DNA of 64,000 nucleotides from Giardia intestinalis (Eukaryota): NCBI GenBank assembly GCA_000002435.2, contig CM018791.1; one strand, 5' to 3'. Shown piece by piece: positions 41,301 to 50,781 of this stretch (position 1 is its first letter; each line of letters starts with the position of its first letter). The notes under the pieces were generated by a model. It saw only the letters and a program-made list of their open reading frames with translations, ran no database searches and was not told where the DNA came from. The position numbers and the translations under genes were made by a program.

Positions 41301-41780
41301 TCTCTCTGCGCAGACTACGTCCCCTCTACTGCAACCGTAGCATCTAGAGGCCTCCTGGCCCCCGATTTTACAGTCCTGACATTTTTGTTAGAAAGCTGCG
41401 AAATGAGCTTGGTGGACGAGGAGATAAAGAACTACGCCCTGAAGGCTCTTGATGACCTGCCCGGAAGAGCGCTCACAACAGAATATTGTATTGTCCAGCT
41501 TAACATTCTAAAAGAAAAGCCGAAGGATCAGCGTTGCAGCGAGCTATGCACATTTGTACCTATTCAGTCTGAGAAGATTTTAAACACGAAGGAAGTAGTC
41601 ACTGCTCTCAGCGATTCTCTGCAAGTTTTGTTCTACGGTGATGATATAAATATTAATGTCTATGCCAAAAACGCTCTTCTCACTAAACTTGTAGACACAG
41701 GCGTTCTCTTGCCTGACAAGCCAAAGTTAGATGTCAAGGAGACTAGCGAATTCGATTTCCATAAAATCAATAATTGTTAA
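38349..41780 (+). CDS. Hypothetical protein (1144 aa), probably alpha-helical repeat (HEAT/ARM-like)
   Basis: The track ORF starts at TTG 38343; the first ATG is at 38349 ('ttgagcATGacagga'). Long uninterrupted ORF with a leucine-rich helical composition and no catalytic motifs. Confidence 0.65.
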   Translation: MTGTRAQAAEVLLERVEALRSHLSTQSSKETLVLSEDTTSLIEAVFQVVKSGFPLGPCLVPICSLLEELLTIPNWIRRLTAASTLIHVANENELDHEALRRFADLLLTFLHDEKRELRDIGSLALMSLRYEQQVSVANHLVAELEQKDGSVSAHLIEGSVTYAGYFLAHAPRDATKVGLNILILSFDPQHKITNASKDYLYWHVAKALTKYLKALISNPLAAAILNIPVRSLPNREEKDKKYLGGTVTASVAISWLLEKVVAYTDVRCRKSAAEALSLYLYLNSVILQRQYLDLLKDARLFMGGNLVCDAFDLYTHAYCCMLTHAAELRVSMADSIRKHDYADYYRYFIELYRSMSVDFPTEKHLSGIYQGALIKGLVMMEYHGHSTKLVYSFSLMKRLLGSTAMHCIDGGILCALEIFRHVPEYVMGQIVEAQLYLLSNHSSLPIAVSAKKALLGIPAAHEPTFILGYLWCIMSRIAVDNADIKEAGFKAMYTLFSEHKDYIAKLNTIKDSKLVNYCPSQVLLNGLTYQTSPQASLVGSGSGSSNPGYDFISLASKRLDVPDLLAFLKIVFCVIEHTVRDTSSPMNDYPRISAVNMLEPLLDIILPIISQYRASPRKSPLIVKRAPVAATAVVVDVPVEIYTLLRGVFLLLTYTITVQSLASRSARIVGKLYSVLYAILSDDSGDYSENVHAIRERIAPLYNFVLMALYVLVYSFNIYDEDLAESARAAVPAVIGFLKILVVPVVILKDAILCLAGTIATAAGATDEIEVSEMIIKNVSGFLMPETSFCDHTKERIEEEDTGSEGAEDDASLRMISKENVNDLSRQKLHAILFGLDNTEDSEGRTRNAMEESTDDEGDLVLMDGLATGLPQAALTLLSIHNSAIDEHSAYAERDVTVGILRALRGDDIDEDYLLHGIAYLFGIYCTITKKKRLIENFMALIKKYAEEELQDTVVGGYVASLDFEENYPLLNSFFSADNFTINVSLCADYVPSTATVASRGLLAPDFTVLTFLLESCEMSLVDEEIKNYALKALDDLPGRALTTEYCIVQLNILKEKPKDQRCSELCTFVPIQSEKILNTKEVVTALSDSLQVLFYGDDININVYAKNALLTKLVDTGVLLPDKPKLDVKETSEFDFHKINNC

Positions 41781-41844
41781 TCCTCCATCCAGAAAAGTGA
41801 ATGTAATAATTATAAATCAAAAAATTCGGTCAACACTCTTTTTC

Positions 41845-42759
41845 ATGGCAGACGTTTTTGAGTTACACGTCTATTTCGACGACAACTACTTCTTCATATC
41901 TAGAGCAAGGTCCGGCATCACTGTAGATGAGTATTGTCGTCAGCTGGAATTCGAATATTCCCTTTTGTTTACAGAACATGTTTCAATCTTTGGTATTCAG
42001 GACGCCGATCACGCTGATCTACCCGTCACCGCAACTCTATCCCACGTCATTACAGATAACAGTGCTATTTTCCCAATACGGTCAGTCGTAACATGCAGCC
42101 CAACGCGCTTAGCAATTCAGCTTTTGACCCTCCCCCACATCGGACAGCTGGACGCAATGCAACCAAAGGAACATCAGTACAAACACCATAATCCAGATAG
42201 GTGCAAGCCCTATTGCCAGCCACTGGCTCCCTTTGGTTGCTGCAATGAGATATGCACCACCTGCGGAGAGGTAAAGGCTTACTTGGCAACCACCGGCAAC
42301 TACTGCACGCCCTTCTGTTACTCGTCTGAGGTACGGAAGCAGAAGTCACAAAATATGGACTTCTGCTCCATCTGTTTGGGGCGTGTCCGGCAAGGAAAAT
42401 ATGTTAAGAATTGTATGCACCAATGCGCGATCTGTCACCGCCCATGGTTGATTTTGAACAGTGCAGGGGTCTGTCGCACTTGTCACTGCGTGATCACTGG
42501 CTCTTCCTCCAAGCTGGGATCTAAGAAGGACCGTGATCGCTCTATAACCAAGGAACTCATCAAACGGTCCGACAAGAGGGAGGAGAAGTCATCCTTCAAG
42601 CCAAACCCTATCGTCGTTGTGGGTGAAGGAGCGATTGACCCTTACAGTCTCTCAGAGGTCCGCGAAAGTCGGCGTCTGAGCCAGGAGATTGTCAAGGGTG
42701 GTTATGGAGACCTCTCACGTGTGGCAAAGCGTGAGGCACTACTAAAGCTGCATGGATAG
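41845..42759 (+). CDS. Cysteine-rich hypothetical protein with a RING-like or zinc-finger-like cluster (304 aa)
   Basis: The track ORF (41731) overlaps the upstream gene. The first ATG with an A/T initiator ('ctctttttcATGgca') is at 41845. Cys/His cluster 'FCSICLGRVRQGKYVKNCMHQCAICHRPW...CRTCHC'. Confidence 0.5.
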   Translation: MADVFELHVYFDDNYFFISRARSGITVDEYCRQLEFEYSLLFTEHVSIFGIQDADHADLPVTATLSHVITDNSAIFPIRSVVTCSPTRLAIQLLTLPHIGQLDAMQPKEHQYKHHNPDRCKPYCQPLAPFGCCNEICTTCGEVKAYLATTGNYCTPFCYSSEVRKQKSQNMDFCSICLGRVRQGKYVKNCMHQCAICHRPWLILNSAGVCRTCHCVITGSSSKLGSKKDRDRSITKELIKRSDKREEKSSFKPNPIVVVGEGAIDPYSLSEVRESRRLSQEIVKGGYGDLSRVAKREALLKLHG

Positions 42760-42816
42760 CACAGCTTGCGATCTTAACTCGCGTCTCGAGGCCGAAAACA
42801 GAAGTTAAGTGGACAG

Positions 42817-44157
42817 CTATAGTTTACCCAATTGACCAAGCGCACGGTCACCCAGTTCTCCAGAGCTTTCGGAGTCGGCATCAGTGTCGTGGGTACTCAC
42901 GTCATTCTCTTGCTCAAGATATGATGACCTCTTACCGCTCCAGACACTCAACGACTTGTCCCCCGAAACAACTAATTTATCATTCCGCAAAAGCTCCATC
43001 GCTAGAATAGGTCTATTCTCATCGCTTTGGACGCAAAGGTCTGCTGGAAAGCAATCTACCATGAGGAGGTGCTCCCCAGATAGAAGATTGAACGAACCCC
43101 ACGTTCCATTGGAGAAGCCTATGTACGCTATCATGTCTTTCCCTGTCTCACCTGCACTTGTGGTAATGAGGGCCTGGGTGCACGCTGCCTCTGCTTGGTA
43201 GGTAAATCTGGATGAGAAATTCATGGCACCATCTAGCAACGAAATCAGGCCATCCGTTCCTCCAATGATTACATATCTGTCTGCGCATACGTGTATGAAC
43301 TCGATGGACCCCTTATGGGTTGAACTAGAAGACACTAGCATGAGCACCTTGTCAGTAGAAGACACTACATGAAACGATCCATCGTCGCAGCCAGCAAAAA
43401 TCACTGTGGTCTTGCTAGCGCTAGCTTGCTGAGCTGTCATGCCCTGTGTAAGGGTCTTGCTGACCTTGAGACATGTCACAGGCGAAGGTAACTGTACCTT
43501 TGAAAGGCAGTCTCTTGTGAGAGGATCGTACATCCGTATGGTACCGTCTTGGGAGCCTGTGATGACTCGCTTTGCGTTTATGCTGAATCCACCGCACGTG
43601 ACTGCACCCGTGTGACCTGTGAAGACAGCAAATGTTTCTGGCTTCCTTGGGTCCTTAGAGAAATCGAATATCCACGAGTTGCCGTCCTCCGCCCCCACAA
43701 GCAATACGTTGCCCTTTCGGTGCAGCTCCATCCACTCTATCGAGGCAGGACCCTCTACATAGCTGATAAGTCGCTCTTCTTTCACGTCAAAGCAGTTAAC
43801 TATTCCGTCCATACCTGCAGAAAACAGATACCTACCGTCGTGGGAGAACACTAAGGATGTGACAGAGTCCGAGTGCACCCCCTCGAATGTCGCCCGAAGA
43901 GCCATGGGCACCTCAAAGTCTCCTACCGAGCCCTTTGCTTCAACAAAGTAAATTGAGTCATCAAGACCTCCCACTGCAAGGAGATCCGGGTCACGTGGGG
44001 ATTTCTTTATACAAAGGGGATTGTCCTTTCCGATGGAGATGTATCCCAGGAGGCCTGGGACGACGACGGTCTCCGCTATACAATGGGCCTCCTCTAGGCT
44101 GTTAAGCTCATCATCTAGGTTAGTCTCTGCACAGTCTCCGAAACTCCGTGAGTTCAT
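42817..44157 (-). CDS. WD40-repeat protein, AAMP/Sqt1-like (446 aa)
   Basis: Acidic N-terminus followed by WD repeats. The stretch 'HSDSVTSLVFSHDGRYLFSAG...EGPASIEWMELHRKGNVLLVGAEDGNSWIF...FTGHTGAVTCGGFSINAKRVITGSQDGTIRMYD' is collinear with human AAMP as recalled from memory: 'HKDSVTCAGFSHD...[29 protein letters not shown]...GKRAVVGYEDGTIRIWD'. Confidence 0.62.
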   Translation of the reverse strand: MNSRSFGDCAETNLDDELNSLEEAHCIAETVVVPGLLGYISIGKDNPLCIKKSPRDPDLLAVGGLDDSIYFVEAKGSVGDFEVPMALRATFEGVHSDSVTSLVFSHDGRYLFSAGMDGIVNCFDVKEERLISYVEGPASIEWMELHRKGNVLLVGAEDGNSWIFDFSKDPRKPETFAVFTGHTGAVTCGGFSINAKRVITGSQDGTIRMYDPLTRDCLSKVQLPSPVTCLKVSKTLTQGMTAQQASASKTTVIFAGCDDGSFHVVSSTDKVLMLVSSSSTHKGSIEFIHVCADRYVIIGGTDGLISLLDGAMNFSSRFTYQAEAACTQALITTSAGETGKDMIAYIGFSNGTWGSFNLLSGEHLLMVDCFPADLCVQSDENRPILAMELLRNDKLVVSGDKSLSVWSGKRSSYLEQENDVSTHDTDADSESSGELGDRALGQLGKL

Positions 44158-44258
44158 AGAATGCCGTACCTACTCCTCTGTGCTACGCCCAACGCCGTGG
44201 ATGTTATGTCTCTAAATAAATCTATTTCAAAAAACGCCGTTTTCTTTTAAAATTTGAA

Positions 44259-46226
44259 ATGGTTACAAGCGAGACGACATCTAATGGACTGATCCAGTCC
44301 ATTGCAGGTCCGGTCGTCACAGCAACTAATATGACCGGGTGCTTCATGTTCGAGGTTTGCTATGTGGGAAAAGCCCGTTTGATTGGGGAAATCATCCAAC
44401 TCAAGGGGGATTCGGCTGTTATCCAGGTCTATGAAGATACCTCTGGGCTAGAAGTTAACGACGTCGTCTACAAATCCGGACGCCTACTTTCTGTCCATCT
44501 TGGTCCCGGTTTACTTTCGTCTATTTACGATGGAATCCAGCGCCCCTTAGAGAAGATCGCACAGATTACTAACTCCCACTTCATCCCGCGAGGAATTTCT
44601 GCGCCAGCCTTGGATCTAGAGAGGAGATGGACGTTCAGACCGCTTGTCAAGTTGGGGGATCTCCTATCTGTGGGTGACATCTTTGGCATTGTTCCAGAGA
44701 ACGATCTTCTGGAGTGCAAGATAATGCTACCAGAGTATGGATTCAACGAGGCTACAAATGAGAAAGCGAACATTCCAGGCGGAAAGGTTGTTAAAATAGC
44801 GCCTGCGGCTACCGACGCATACACAGTCAAAGACGAAGAAAAGATCTTGGTCCTGGAATACGCCGGACAAAGGTATTACTACGGCCTGGCCCACTACCAT
44901 CCTGTTCGTTCGCCTAAGAAGGTCTTTAAGAAGCTGCCGTGCATAAATCCCTTGATAACAGGCCAGAGAACGTTGGATGGACTCTTTCCCCTTGCAATAG
45001 GAGCCACCGCAGCGATCCCAGGAGGTTTTGGGTGTGGGAAGACTGTCGTGAGTCAATCCATCAGCAAGTATGGTAACACAGATGTCATTGTCTACATTGG
45101 CTGTGGAGAGCGCGGTAATGAAATGGCTGAGATCCTCACAGATTTCCCCGAAATGACATTCGAGGCTAAGAAGCGCGTTATCGGGCCATCTGGACAGCAA
45201 GAGATTAAAACGGTTGTATCCGACATTTTCAGCCGCACTGTGCTTGTCGCGAATACGTCTAATATGCCCGTTGCAGCCCGTGAGGCTAGCATCTACACAG
45301 GAATCACGATTTCTGAGTTCTTCCGTGACCAAGGGTACAACGTCACTCTTCTGGCCGACTCTACTTCCCGCTGGGCTGAGGCACTGCGAGAGATCAGCGG
45401 GCGCTTGGGAGGTATTCCGGGAGAAGGCGGCTATCCTGCTGATCTCACCTCTAAGCTTAGCCACTTCTATGAGCGTGCTGGACGAGTCATTTGTCTGGGG
45501 AATTCCAATGGTGCGTGGAGCCCAGAGAATATCCTTGATCCTACGTCTGGAGCTATCTCGTCAACCGAACAAGGTCTCCTGCAACCCGGCCAGCGTATCG
45601 GCTCTGTGTCGGTGATAGGTGCTGTTTCCCCGGCTGCAGGAGATCTTTCTGATGCAGTCGCCGTCAGTACACTGGCTATAGTCCAAGTTTTCTGGGGACT
45701 CAGCAAGAACCTGGCGAAGCGCAAGCACTTTCCATCCGTCGATTGGCTCATTAGCTATTCCAGATGTACTGAGACTCTTGCGCCGTGGTACAACGCTAGA
45801 GACATCAGCTTCTTGACCAATAAGGAAAAGGCGAAGACTCTTCTGCAAAACGAGGTGGCCATCCAGGAAACCGCGCAGCTCGTTGGCTATGATAGCTTGG
45901 ATGATAGCGAAAAGCTTATTCTCGACGTCTGTAACCTAATTCAAGAGGGCTTTTTGCAGCAGAACTCCTACACGGTGTACGATAAGTTCTGCCCGTTTAT
46001 AAAGACTGATCTGATGCTTCGTAACATTGTTCATTACTACGAGTCCTGTAAGACGGCTCTGGGGCAGGGACACAGCTATCAAGAGCTTAAGAACAGCCTG
46101 GAAAAGCTCATTACAGCTCTTTATAGGATGAAGTTTATAGACACTAATACTAACGGTATCGAGTACGGCGTCACCGAGTTAGACAAACTCCACGCCCAGA
46201 TCACTGCAGCATTTGACGCGCTGTAA
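44259..46226 (+). CDS. V-type H+-ATPase catalytic subunit A (655 aa)
   Basis: Walker A 'PGGFGCGKTVVSQSISKYGNTDVIVYIGCGERGNEMAEIL' and 'TTAFFDAL'-like C-terminus are the canonical V-ATPase A signature. Initiator 'tttaaaatttgaaATG'. Confidence 0.9.
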   Translation: MVTSETTSNGLIQSIAGPVVTATNMTGCFMFEVCYVGKARLIGEIIQLKGDSAVIQVYEDTSGLEVNDVVYKSGRLLSVHLGPGLLSSIYDGIQRPLEKIAQITNSHFIPRGISAPALDLERRWTFRPLVKLGDLLSVGDIFGIVPENDLLECKIMLPEYGFNEATNEKANIPGGKVVKIAPAATDAYTVKDEEKILVLEYAGQRYYYGLAHYHPVRSPKKVFKKLPCINPLITGQRTLDGLFPLAIGATAAIPGGFGCGKTVVSQSISKYGNTDVIVYIGCGERGNEMAEILTDFPEMTFEAKKRVIGPSGQQEIKTVVSDIFSRTVLVANTSNMPVAAREASIYTGITISEFFRDQGYNVTLLADSTSRWAEALREISGRLGGIPGEGGYPADLTSKLSHFYERAGRVICLGNSNGAWSPENILDPTSGAISSTEQGLLQPGQRIGSVSVIGAVSPAAGDLSDAVAVSTLAIVQVFWGLSKNLAKRKHFPSVDWLISYSRCTETLAPWYNARDISFLTNKEKAKTLLQNEVAIQETAQLVGYDSLDDSEKLILDVCNLIQEGFLQQNSYTVYDKFCPFIKTDLMLRNIVHYYESCKTALGQGHSYQELKNSLEKLITALYRMKFIDTNTNGIEYGVTELDKLHAQITAAFDAL

Positions 46227-46277
46227 GCTCTTTCCAGTGAATTTACTAAGAGTTCGGGTATCGGTAAATCCATATGG

Positions 46278-49200
46278 TCACTTCGGCCCTCCATACTTAC
46301 TATTGTTGTTACTATTGTTATTGTTGTTGTTATGATGGCGTCCGTTGCCGTGACCGCTGCCACGGTCAAAGCTCGATCTATTGAATCGGTCGCCGGTAGC
46401 CTGTCTATCCCTCTTGTTGTGATAATCCGAGCCCCGATGGTGCTGAGGTCTCTCAAATCCACTGGTACCCTCCTTAGGAACTTTGTCCGAGTTCATTTCC
46501 TTTGTAGTAGATTTAAGTTCTATATTTGGCTGAAGAACCTTCGTGACGGCACTTTCATCTGCAGTCTCAACCCACTGGGAGGCTTCTTCAAGCCCTGCAA
46601 ATGTCTTTCCGTAACGCTTAGCCTTATCTGCTTTCACCATCTCCTTAAAGTCCTCCAACTTCATGAGATCCTTAGAAACGACGGCAGCGATCATCAGCTT
46701 CATCGCCTTGTTCTGATCCGCTGCCTTTTTAAGTGCGTTCTTCATGGACTCTATAATCACCCGCCTGACACGCAGAACGGGCTGGGCCGCAAGGGACTCT
46801 GCAAGTGTAAGTGGGGAAGTCTTATTGGCCTTATCCAGCCTTTCACAGAAATCCGCGAACAGACGGTCAAGAAGTATATGGCCCATCTTACCTATCAGGA
46901 GGGGGTTCTCGTTTGATGGCTTACTCATGGACTTCTGCATAAAGCTCGGGTCCCTGCTGATTTCATCACAGACCAGGAAGCATATGCTTGTGGGAAGCTG
47001 CAGATCGTGGACCAGGAACTTCTCGAGGTGCGGCATGCTTGTTTGTGTGTGAAACTCTCTGACAACAGGCTTGCCCCCTTTTGCCAGCCCAAGCAGCTTG
47101 TCATAAAGCATACATCCAGTGGCAATGTTTTCGTATTTAATCATTGGATATTTTGTACGGAAGATGATCTCTGCGACGGTGTCCAGGGCACTCTGTTCGA
47201 GGAAGTCTACAGCCTCTTCCTCGTGGCCTTCAATGTCGGGCTCGCCGAAAAGACCGCACTTCCTCTGCTTTAATAGATCCAGCACAGCTTTAGATGGTGT
47301 CTTTCTAGTCGAGGTCAACATGACATTAACCTTCTCCCGCCTATTTGAAGCCTTTTCTGGTTTATAGTTATTTTCTACTGTGTACTCTGCTCTGAGGAGA
47401 GCCATTTCACTCTCGGAAAAGTCAAACTCGTTGTCCGCTATTGTCCCTTGAATGGCTCTCTCGATGCAGTGCTGCATGACCTCGACGGCTAGCTGGTACT
47501 CCTTTGGCTCTATGCTGCCCTCATACCCCCTTCTAGGATCGCTTGGATCCACCCGCGTTGCAGATGGAAACAGACAGGGGAACCGTATCTTATCGCTTAT
47601 GAATAGACTTGCCAACGTCGAGACCACGTCCTTGTTTGTCTGTTGGTTATCCTTCGTCGTAGTGGAGTACGCACTGACAAGACCGCTGGCAAATGCCCTG
47701 TAAAGATCTACTATCTCGCCTTCGCTACGAGAAGGGAAGAGATTGGGCAGCTCGTCATACATGATCTTAATGGAGCCGTCAAAGACCATGCGGCGCGCCG
47801 TAAGCTTGACCTGTCTACACCACTTCTCCATCATCCCGTCAGAGAAAAGGTCGACCTCCTTGTTGCTAATGTTTGCATTGAGAAAACCGAGGTTGAAGGC
47901 TATTGTATATCGAAGCCCGTTCTCACGGACCGCAGCAGGCGTATCATCATCGGGTTCCCGCTCTGGTCTAGAGGGCTTCACCGGACCAGCTTCATAGTTG
48001 AGCGTCTTTTGCATGCTCTTCCATCCACCACTCCTGTCCTCAAGAATCTCTGTGAGAAGAACCTGAATGCGCACCTCAACTACTTGTTTTTCTAGAAGGA
48101 GTTGCAGGACATCCATACAGTACACGTAAAGAGTGTACTCGTATGTCGAGTGGTCATAGTTATCCATTGCCAGCCCGCCTGTCCGGAGAATTATGATAAC
48201 AAGATCCATGTATTCTGAGCTCCAGGCAGTCTTATACTGCGGCTCTGTCAGCGCCTGAAGCCGAGCAATAGTGCTCTTATATGCAGAAGTTTTACGGTCA
48301 ACGTCGTCAATAGTGATAGACCCTCTATCTGGAAACCCGCGCCTCATTTCCTCTTTTGCACGAGAAATATCGTCGCTGGATCCTTTATTCTTAGTCTGTG
48401 TATAGTAATTGTCGATAGTCTTGTCAAACTGTCTCCGCAACAGGAAGGATATCAGTGTCACAAACTGCGCTATAGGAAGAAGCATGTTTGTTGGTGTCTT
48501 CTTTGTAATGGAGGCTGAGGAGCTTCCTGTCTTCTCACTCATGCGCTTCTGCTGTCGCCGCTCTTTGCGGTAAAAATCAAGTAAGTCTTTGGTAAAGATG
48601 GACGCGAGGAACTTAACATTATTGGAAAGATGCACGAGCTTGTTCTGCTCCTTAATGCTCCTGACCTCGTCAGTATCAGTGTCTTCAACATTAAACACTG
48701 GGTTGTGTGTCTGGCCTGTTTTAATCTCCTCAGCCATGTTTCCTCGCAACATATAATCCCGGAAGAAACCCACCGTGAACCCGCGGAGTGGCTTGTCGTC
48801 TCCAAGCTTGTCCTTGTTCTTTTGAACCATCTCTCTAAAGCCCCTCATGTCGGGAAACATGGTGTCGTCTTTAAGGTCTGCGAAGATACGGAGAACCTCC
48901 AAGAAACCAGTCGCTATGCTGAGCTCGCCATCCTTTCCAGCTGGTGTGTCCTTGTCTCCTTGAACAGTGCGGCCACGCGGGTTATCGAGAAGGGCAAAGA
49001 GAAGGTCAGTGTACACATCGACGAAATTAGGCTCCATACAGGCCTTGTCTATGATCTCGTCGAAGATCGCCTTAAAGAGGAATATCTTTTGGTATTGATT
49101 TTCCAAGTTCGGTATCTCTTGTATCATTTTGACAACATCTGCATGCACCTGCTTGACAGTTTCCTTGGTGATCTTGTTCAGCTTATCACGGATAGAAAGG

Positions 49201-50639
49201 AGAGTCGTGCGTTCAAAGTTGGTTTCGTCGCCCTTGATCATAAGCTTCACAATCTGGGGCATATCTCCTGCCCGTTCGTTGGTGAGGTACTTCTCAATGT
49301 CAGCGGCCCTGGCCACGTCGAAATAGTGCAACATAGCGGTTGAAAGTTGCTTTCTTGTGTTGTGCACGACAGGATCTGCAACCGCTGAGTCCAGGCGAAC
49401 GAGAACATCCTTGTAGTTCAGCTCTATGCCACTCGCCCTGCACTGGAAGGAAGAAAGCTCTTTGCGACTCTCCAGAAGAGAAAGCAAATGCGTCATGAAG
49501 TCTGACTGAGGAGCCCGACGTTCTCCTGGGCTTGTCAGCTTCTTGTAATCCACTATTTTCGCCTTCTCTTCATGGTGCTTTCGGGCATTGTACACTGGAG
49601 GCTTGGAATCATGTGCTGCTGTGCTAGACTCAGGTTCAGGCTCGGGTTCGGCCTGCGGGGCCAAAGTCTCCACAGAAACAGCAGGAAAGATCTCTGCTGT
49701 ACGCTCTGGCAAAGCCGCTGGAGCTTCCTCGTCTTTTGGAGCAGCAGTCTCTGGTAAGGGTTTCTGACTTTGAACTAACGATGATTGTTGGGGAGGAGCC
49801 GGTACCGAGGGGCGGACAGCCTCAGTCTCCTTCTTGTGATACCTATTTTTCCTGTTGGGCTTATTGTCCACCCAGCCGCCACTGGTCTCCTTTGACTTGT
49901 GACCCTCTTTCCCGGGCTTGTTGTCGCTGGGTTTATTCTCTGATGGAGTAGCAGGGGGGTCAGGCAGCTCAGGACCCTTCTCTGGTAGGGGGGCTACGTT
50001 TTCAATAACATTAGTCTTCAGCGGAGCGTCAATAGGCTGATGTGCCGACTGACTAGCAACATTGTCGCTCTGAGAGGAATTAATACCGGGCTGTGTCTCT
50101 TGTTCAGCTGCATCTGGAAGCTGTGCGTCCATGTCTTTTATCGCCTGTTGCTGGTCAGGCTCCATCGCCGCCTGGGGCGCAGTAACATCTTGATTGGGAG
50201 TAGACTCATTAATAAGTTCTGAATTGCCGCCTATTTCCATCGAAATCATCGGAAGAGCGGAGTTTGGAAAAGAAAGGTTGTCCTGCGGTGCACTGCTAAA
50301 GAGCGACACATTCTGCTGGCTTCCCTGAGGCATGCCTTGCATATGCCGGGCTCCTTGAAAGGACTCCCGCACTTTCTGACTCCCTGGGGGCGGATCCTGT
50401 GTTGGGTCTTGTGCAGCCTCGGTGGTAAAGCTCCAAGTGCAGTCACTTTTATTCTGAGGAGAAAGAGTGAATTGAGTAGACTTGACGTTATCCCGAGGCT
50501 TCTGGGAGCGCTCCTTAGTAATGGATATTTGTTGGGGGGCATCTTGTAGTATTGGCTTCGTTGCTTCGTTAGCAAATGCTAACGCCCCACCTGCGCCCCC
50601 AGTTCCGGGCAGTTTAGTCTCAAGTTCACCTTGGAACAT
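46278..50639 (-). CDS. MIF4G-domain protein, eIF4G-like (about 1453 aa), with P/Q-rich N-terminal region and poly-Asn C-terminus
   Basis: The track start is GTG 50642; the ATG is at 50637-50639. The MIF4G-like block 'SIRDKLNKITKETVKQVHADVVKMIQ...IFLFKAIFDEIIDKACMEPNFVDVYTDLL ... NNVKFLASIF' parallels eIF4G as recalled: 'VRSILNKLTPQMF...[23 protein letters not shown] ... NIKFIGELF'. C-terminus 'NNNNNNSNNNSKYGGPK'. Confidence 0.62.
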   Translation of the reverse strand: MFQGELETKLPGTGGAGGALAFANEATKPILQDAPQQISITKERSQKPRDNVKSTQFTLSPQNKSDCTWSFTTEAAQDPTQDPPPGSQKVRESFQGARHMQGMPQGSQQNVSLFSSAPQDNLSFPNSALPMISMEIGGNSELINESTPNQDVTAPQAAMEPDQQQAIKDMDAQLPDAAEQETQPGINSSQSDNVASQSAHQPIDAPLKTNVIENVAPLPEKGPELPDPPATPSENKPSDNKPGKEGHKSKETSGGWVDNKPNRKNRYHKKETEAVRPSVPAPPQQSSLVQSQKPLPETAAPKDEEAPAALPERTAEIFPAVSVETLAPQAEPEPEPESSTAAHDSKPPVYNARKHHEEKAKIVDYKKLTSPGERRAPQSDFMTHLLSLLESRKELSSFQCRASGIELNYKDVLVRLDSAVADPVVHNTRKQLSTAMLHYFDVARAADIEKYLTNERAGDMPQIVKLMIKGDETNFERTTLLSIRDKLNKITKETVKQVHADVVKMIQEIPNLENQYQKIFLFKAIFDEIIDKACMEPNFVDVYTDLLFALLDNPRGRTVQGDKDTPAGKDGELSIATGFLEVLRIFADLKDDTMFPDMRGFREMVQKNKDKLGDDKPLRGFTVGFFRDYMLRGNMAEEIKTGQTHNPVFNVEDTDTDEVRSIKEQNKLVHLSNNVKFLASIFTKDLLDFYRKERRQQKRMSEKTGSSSASITKKTPTNMLLPIAQFVTLISFLLRRQFDKTIDNYYTQTKNKGSSDDISRAKEEMRRGFPDRGSITIDDVDRKTSAYKSTIARLQALTEPQYKTAWSSEYMDLVIIILRTGGLAMDNYDHSTYEYTLYVYCMDVLQLLLEKQVVEVRIQVLLTEILEDRSGGWKSMQKTLNYEAGPVKPSRPEREPDDDTPAAVRENGLRYTIAFNLGFLNANISNKEVDLFSDGMMEKWCRQVKLTARRMVFDGSIKIMYDELPNLFPSRSEGEIVDLYRAFASGLVSAYSTTTKDNQQTNKDVVSTLASLFISDKIRFPCLFPSATRVDPSDPRRGYEGSIEPKEYQLAVEVMQHCIERAIQGTIADNEFDFSESEMALLRAEYTVENNYKPEKASNRREKVNVMLTSTRKTPSKAVLDLLKQRKCGLFGEPDIEGHEEEAVDFLEQSALDTVAEIIFRTKYPMIKYENIATGCMLYDKLLGLAKGGKPVVREFHTQTSMPHLEKFLVHDLQLPTSICFLVCDEISRDPSFMQKSMSKPSNENPLLIGKMGHILLDRLFADFCERLDKANKTSPLTLAESLAAQPVLRVRRVIIESMKNALKKAADQNKAMKLMIAAVVSKDLMKLEDFKEMVKADKAKRYGKTFAGLEEASQWVETADESAVTKVLQPNIELKSTTKEMNSDKVPKEGTSGFERPQHHRGSDYHNKRDRQATGDRFNRSSFDRGSGHGNGRHHNNNNNNSNNNSKYGGPK
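46294..46335. repeat. Short (gtt/att)n trinucleotide low-complexity tract encoding the poly-Asn C-terminus of the MIF4G protein
   Basis: 'tactattgttgttactattgttattgttgttgttatg' seen directly. Confidence 0.5.
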
Positions 50640-50781
50640 CACTGTTATTCCAAAAAAATGCTAAAAATGAATTTAAATTACTTTTTATTGATGATATCTA
50701 CTTTGTCCTTTTGGCAAGCAGAGCGCAGAGACTGATTAGGTCTACAGGGACTACAAATTCTAGATCTCAAAGAGCAACCAT

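Noticed and set aside
41731-41844. ORF-track start of the Cys-rich gene at 41731, overlapping the last 50 nt of the upstream 1144-aa gene.
   Set aside because: The first ATG (41845) sits directly after an A/T-rich initiator-like element downstream of the upstream gene's stop. The extension is an alternative-start artefact.
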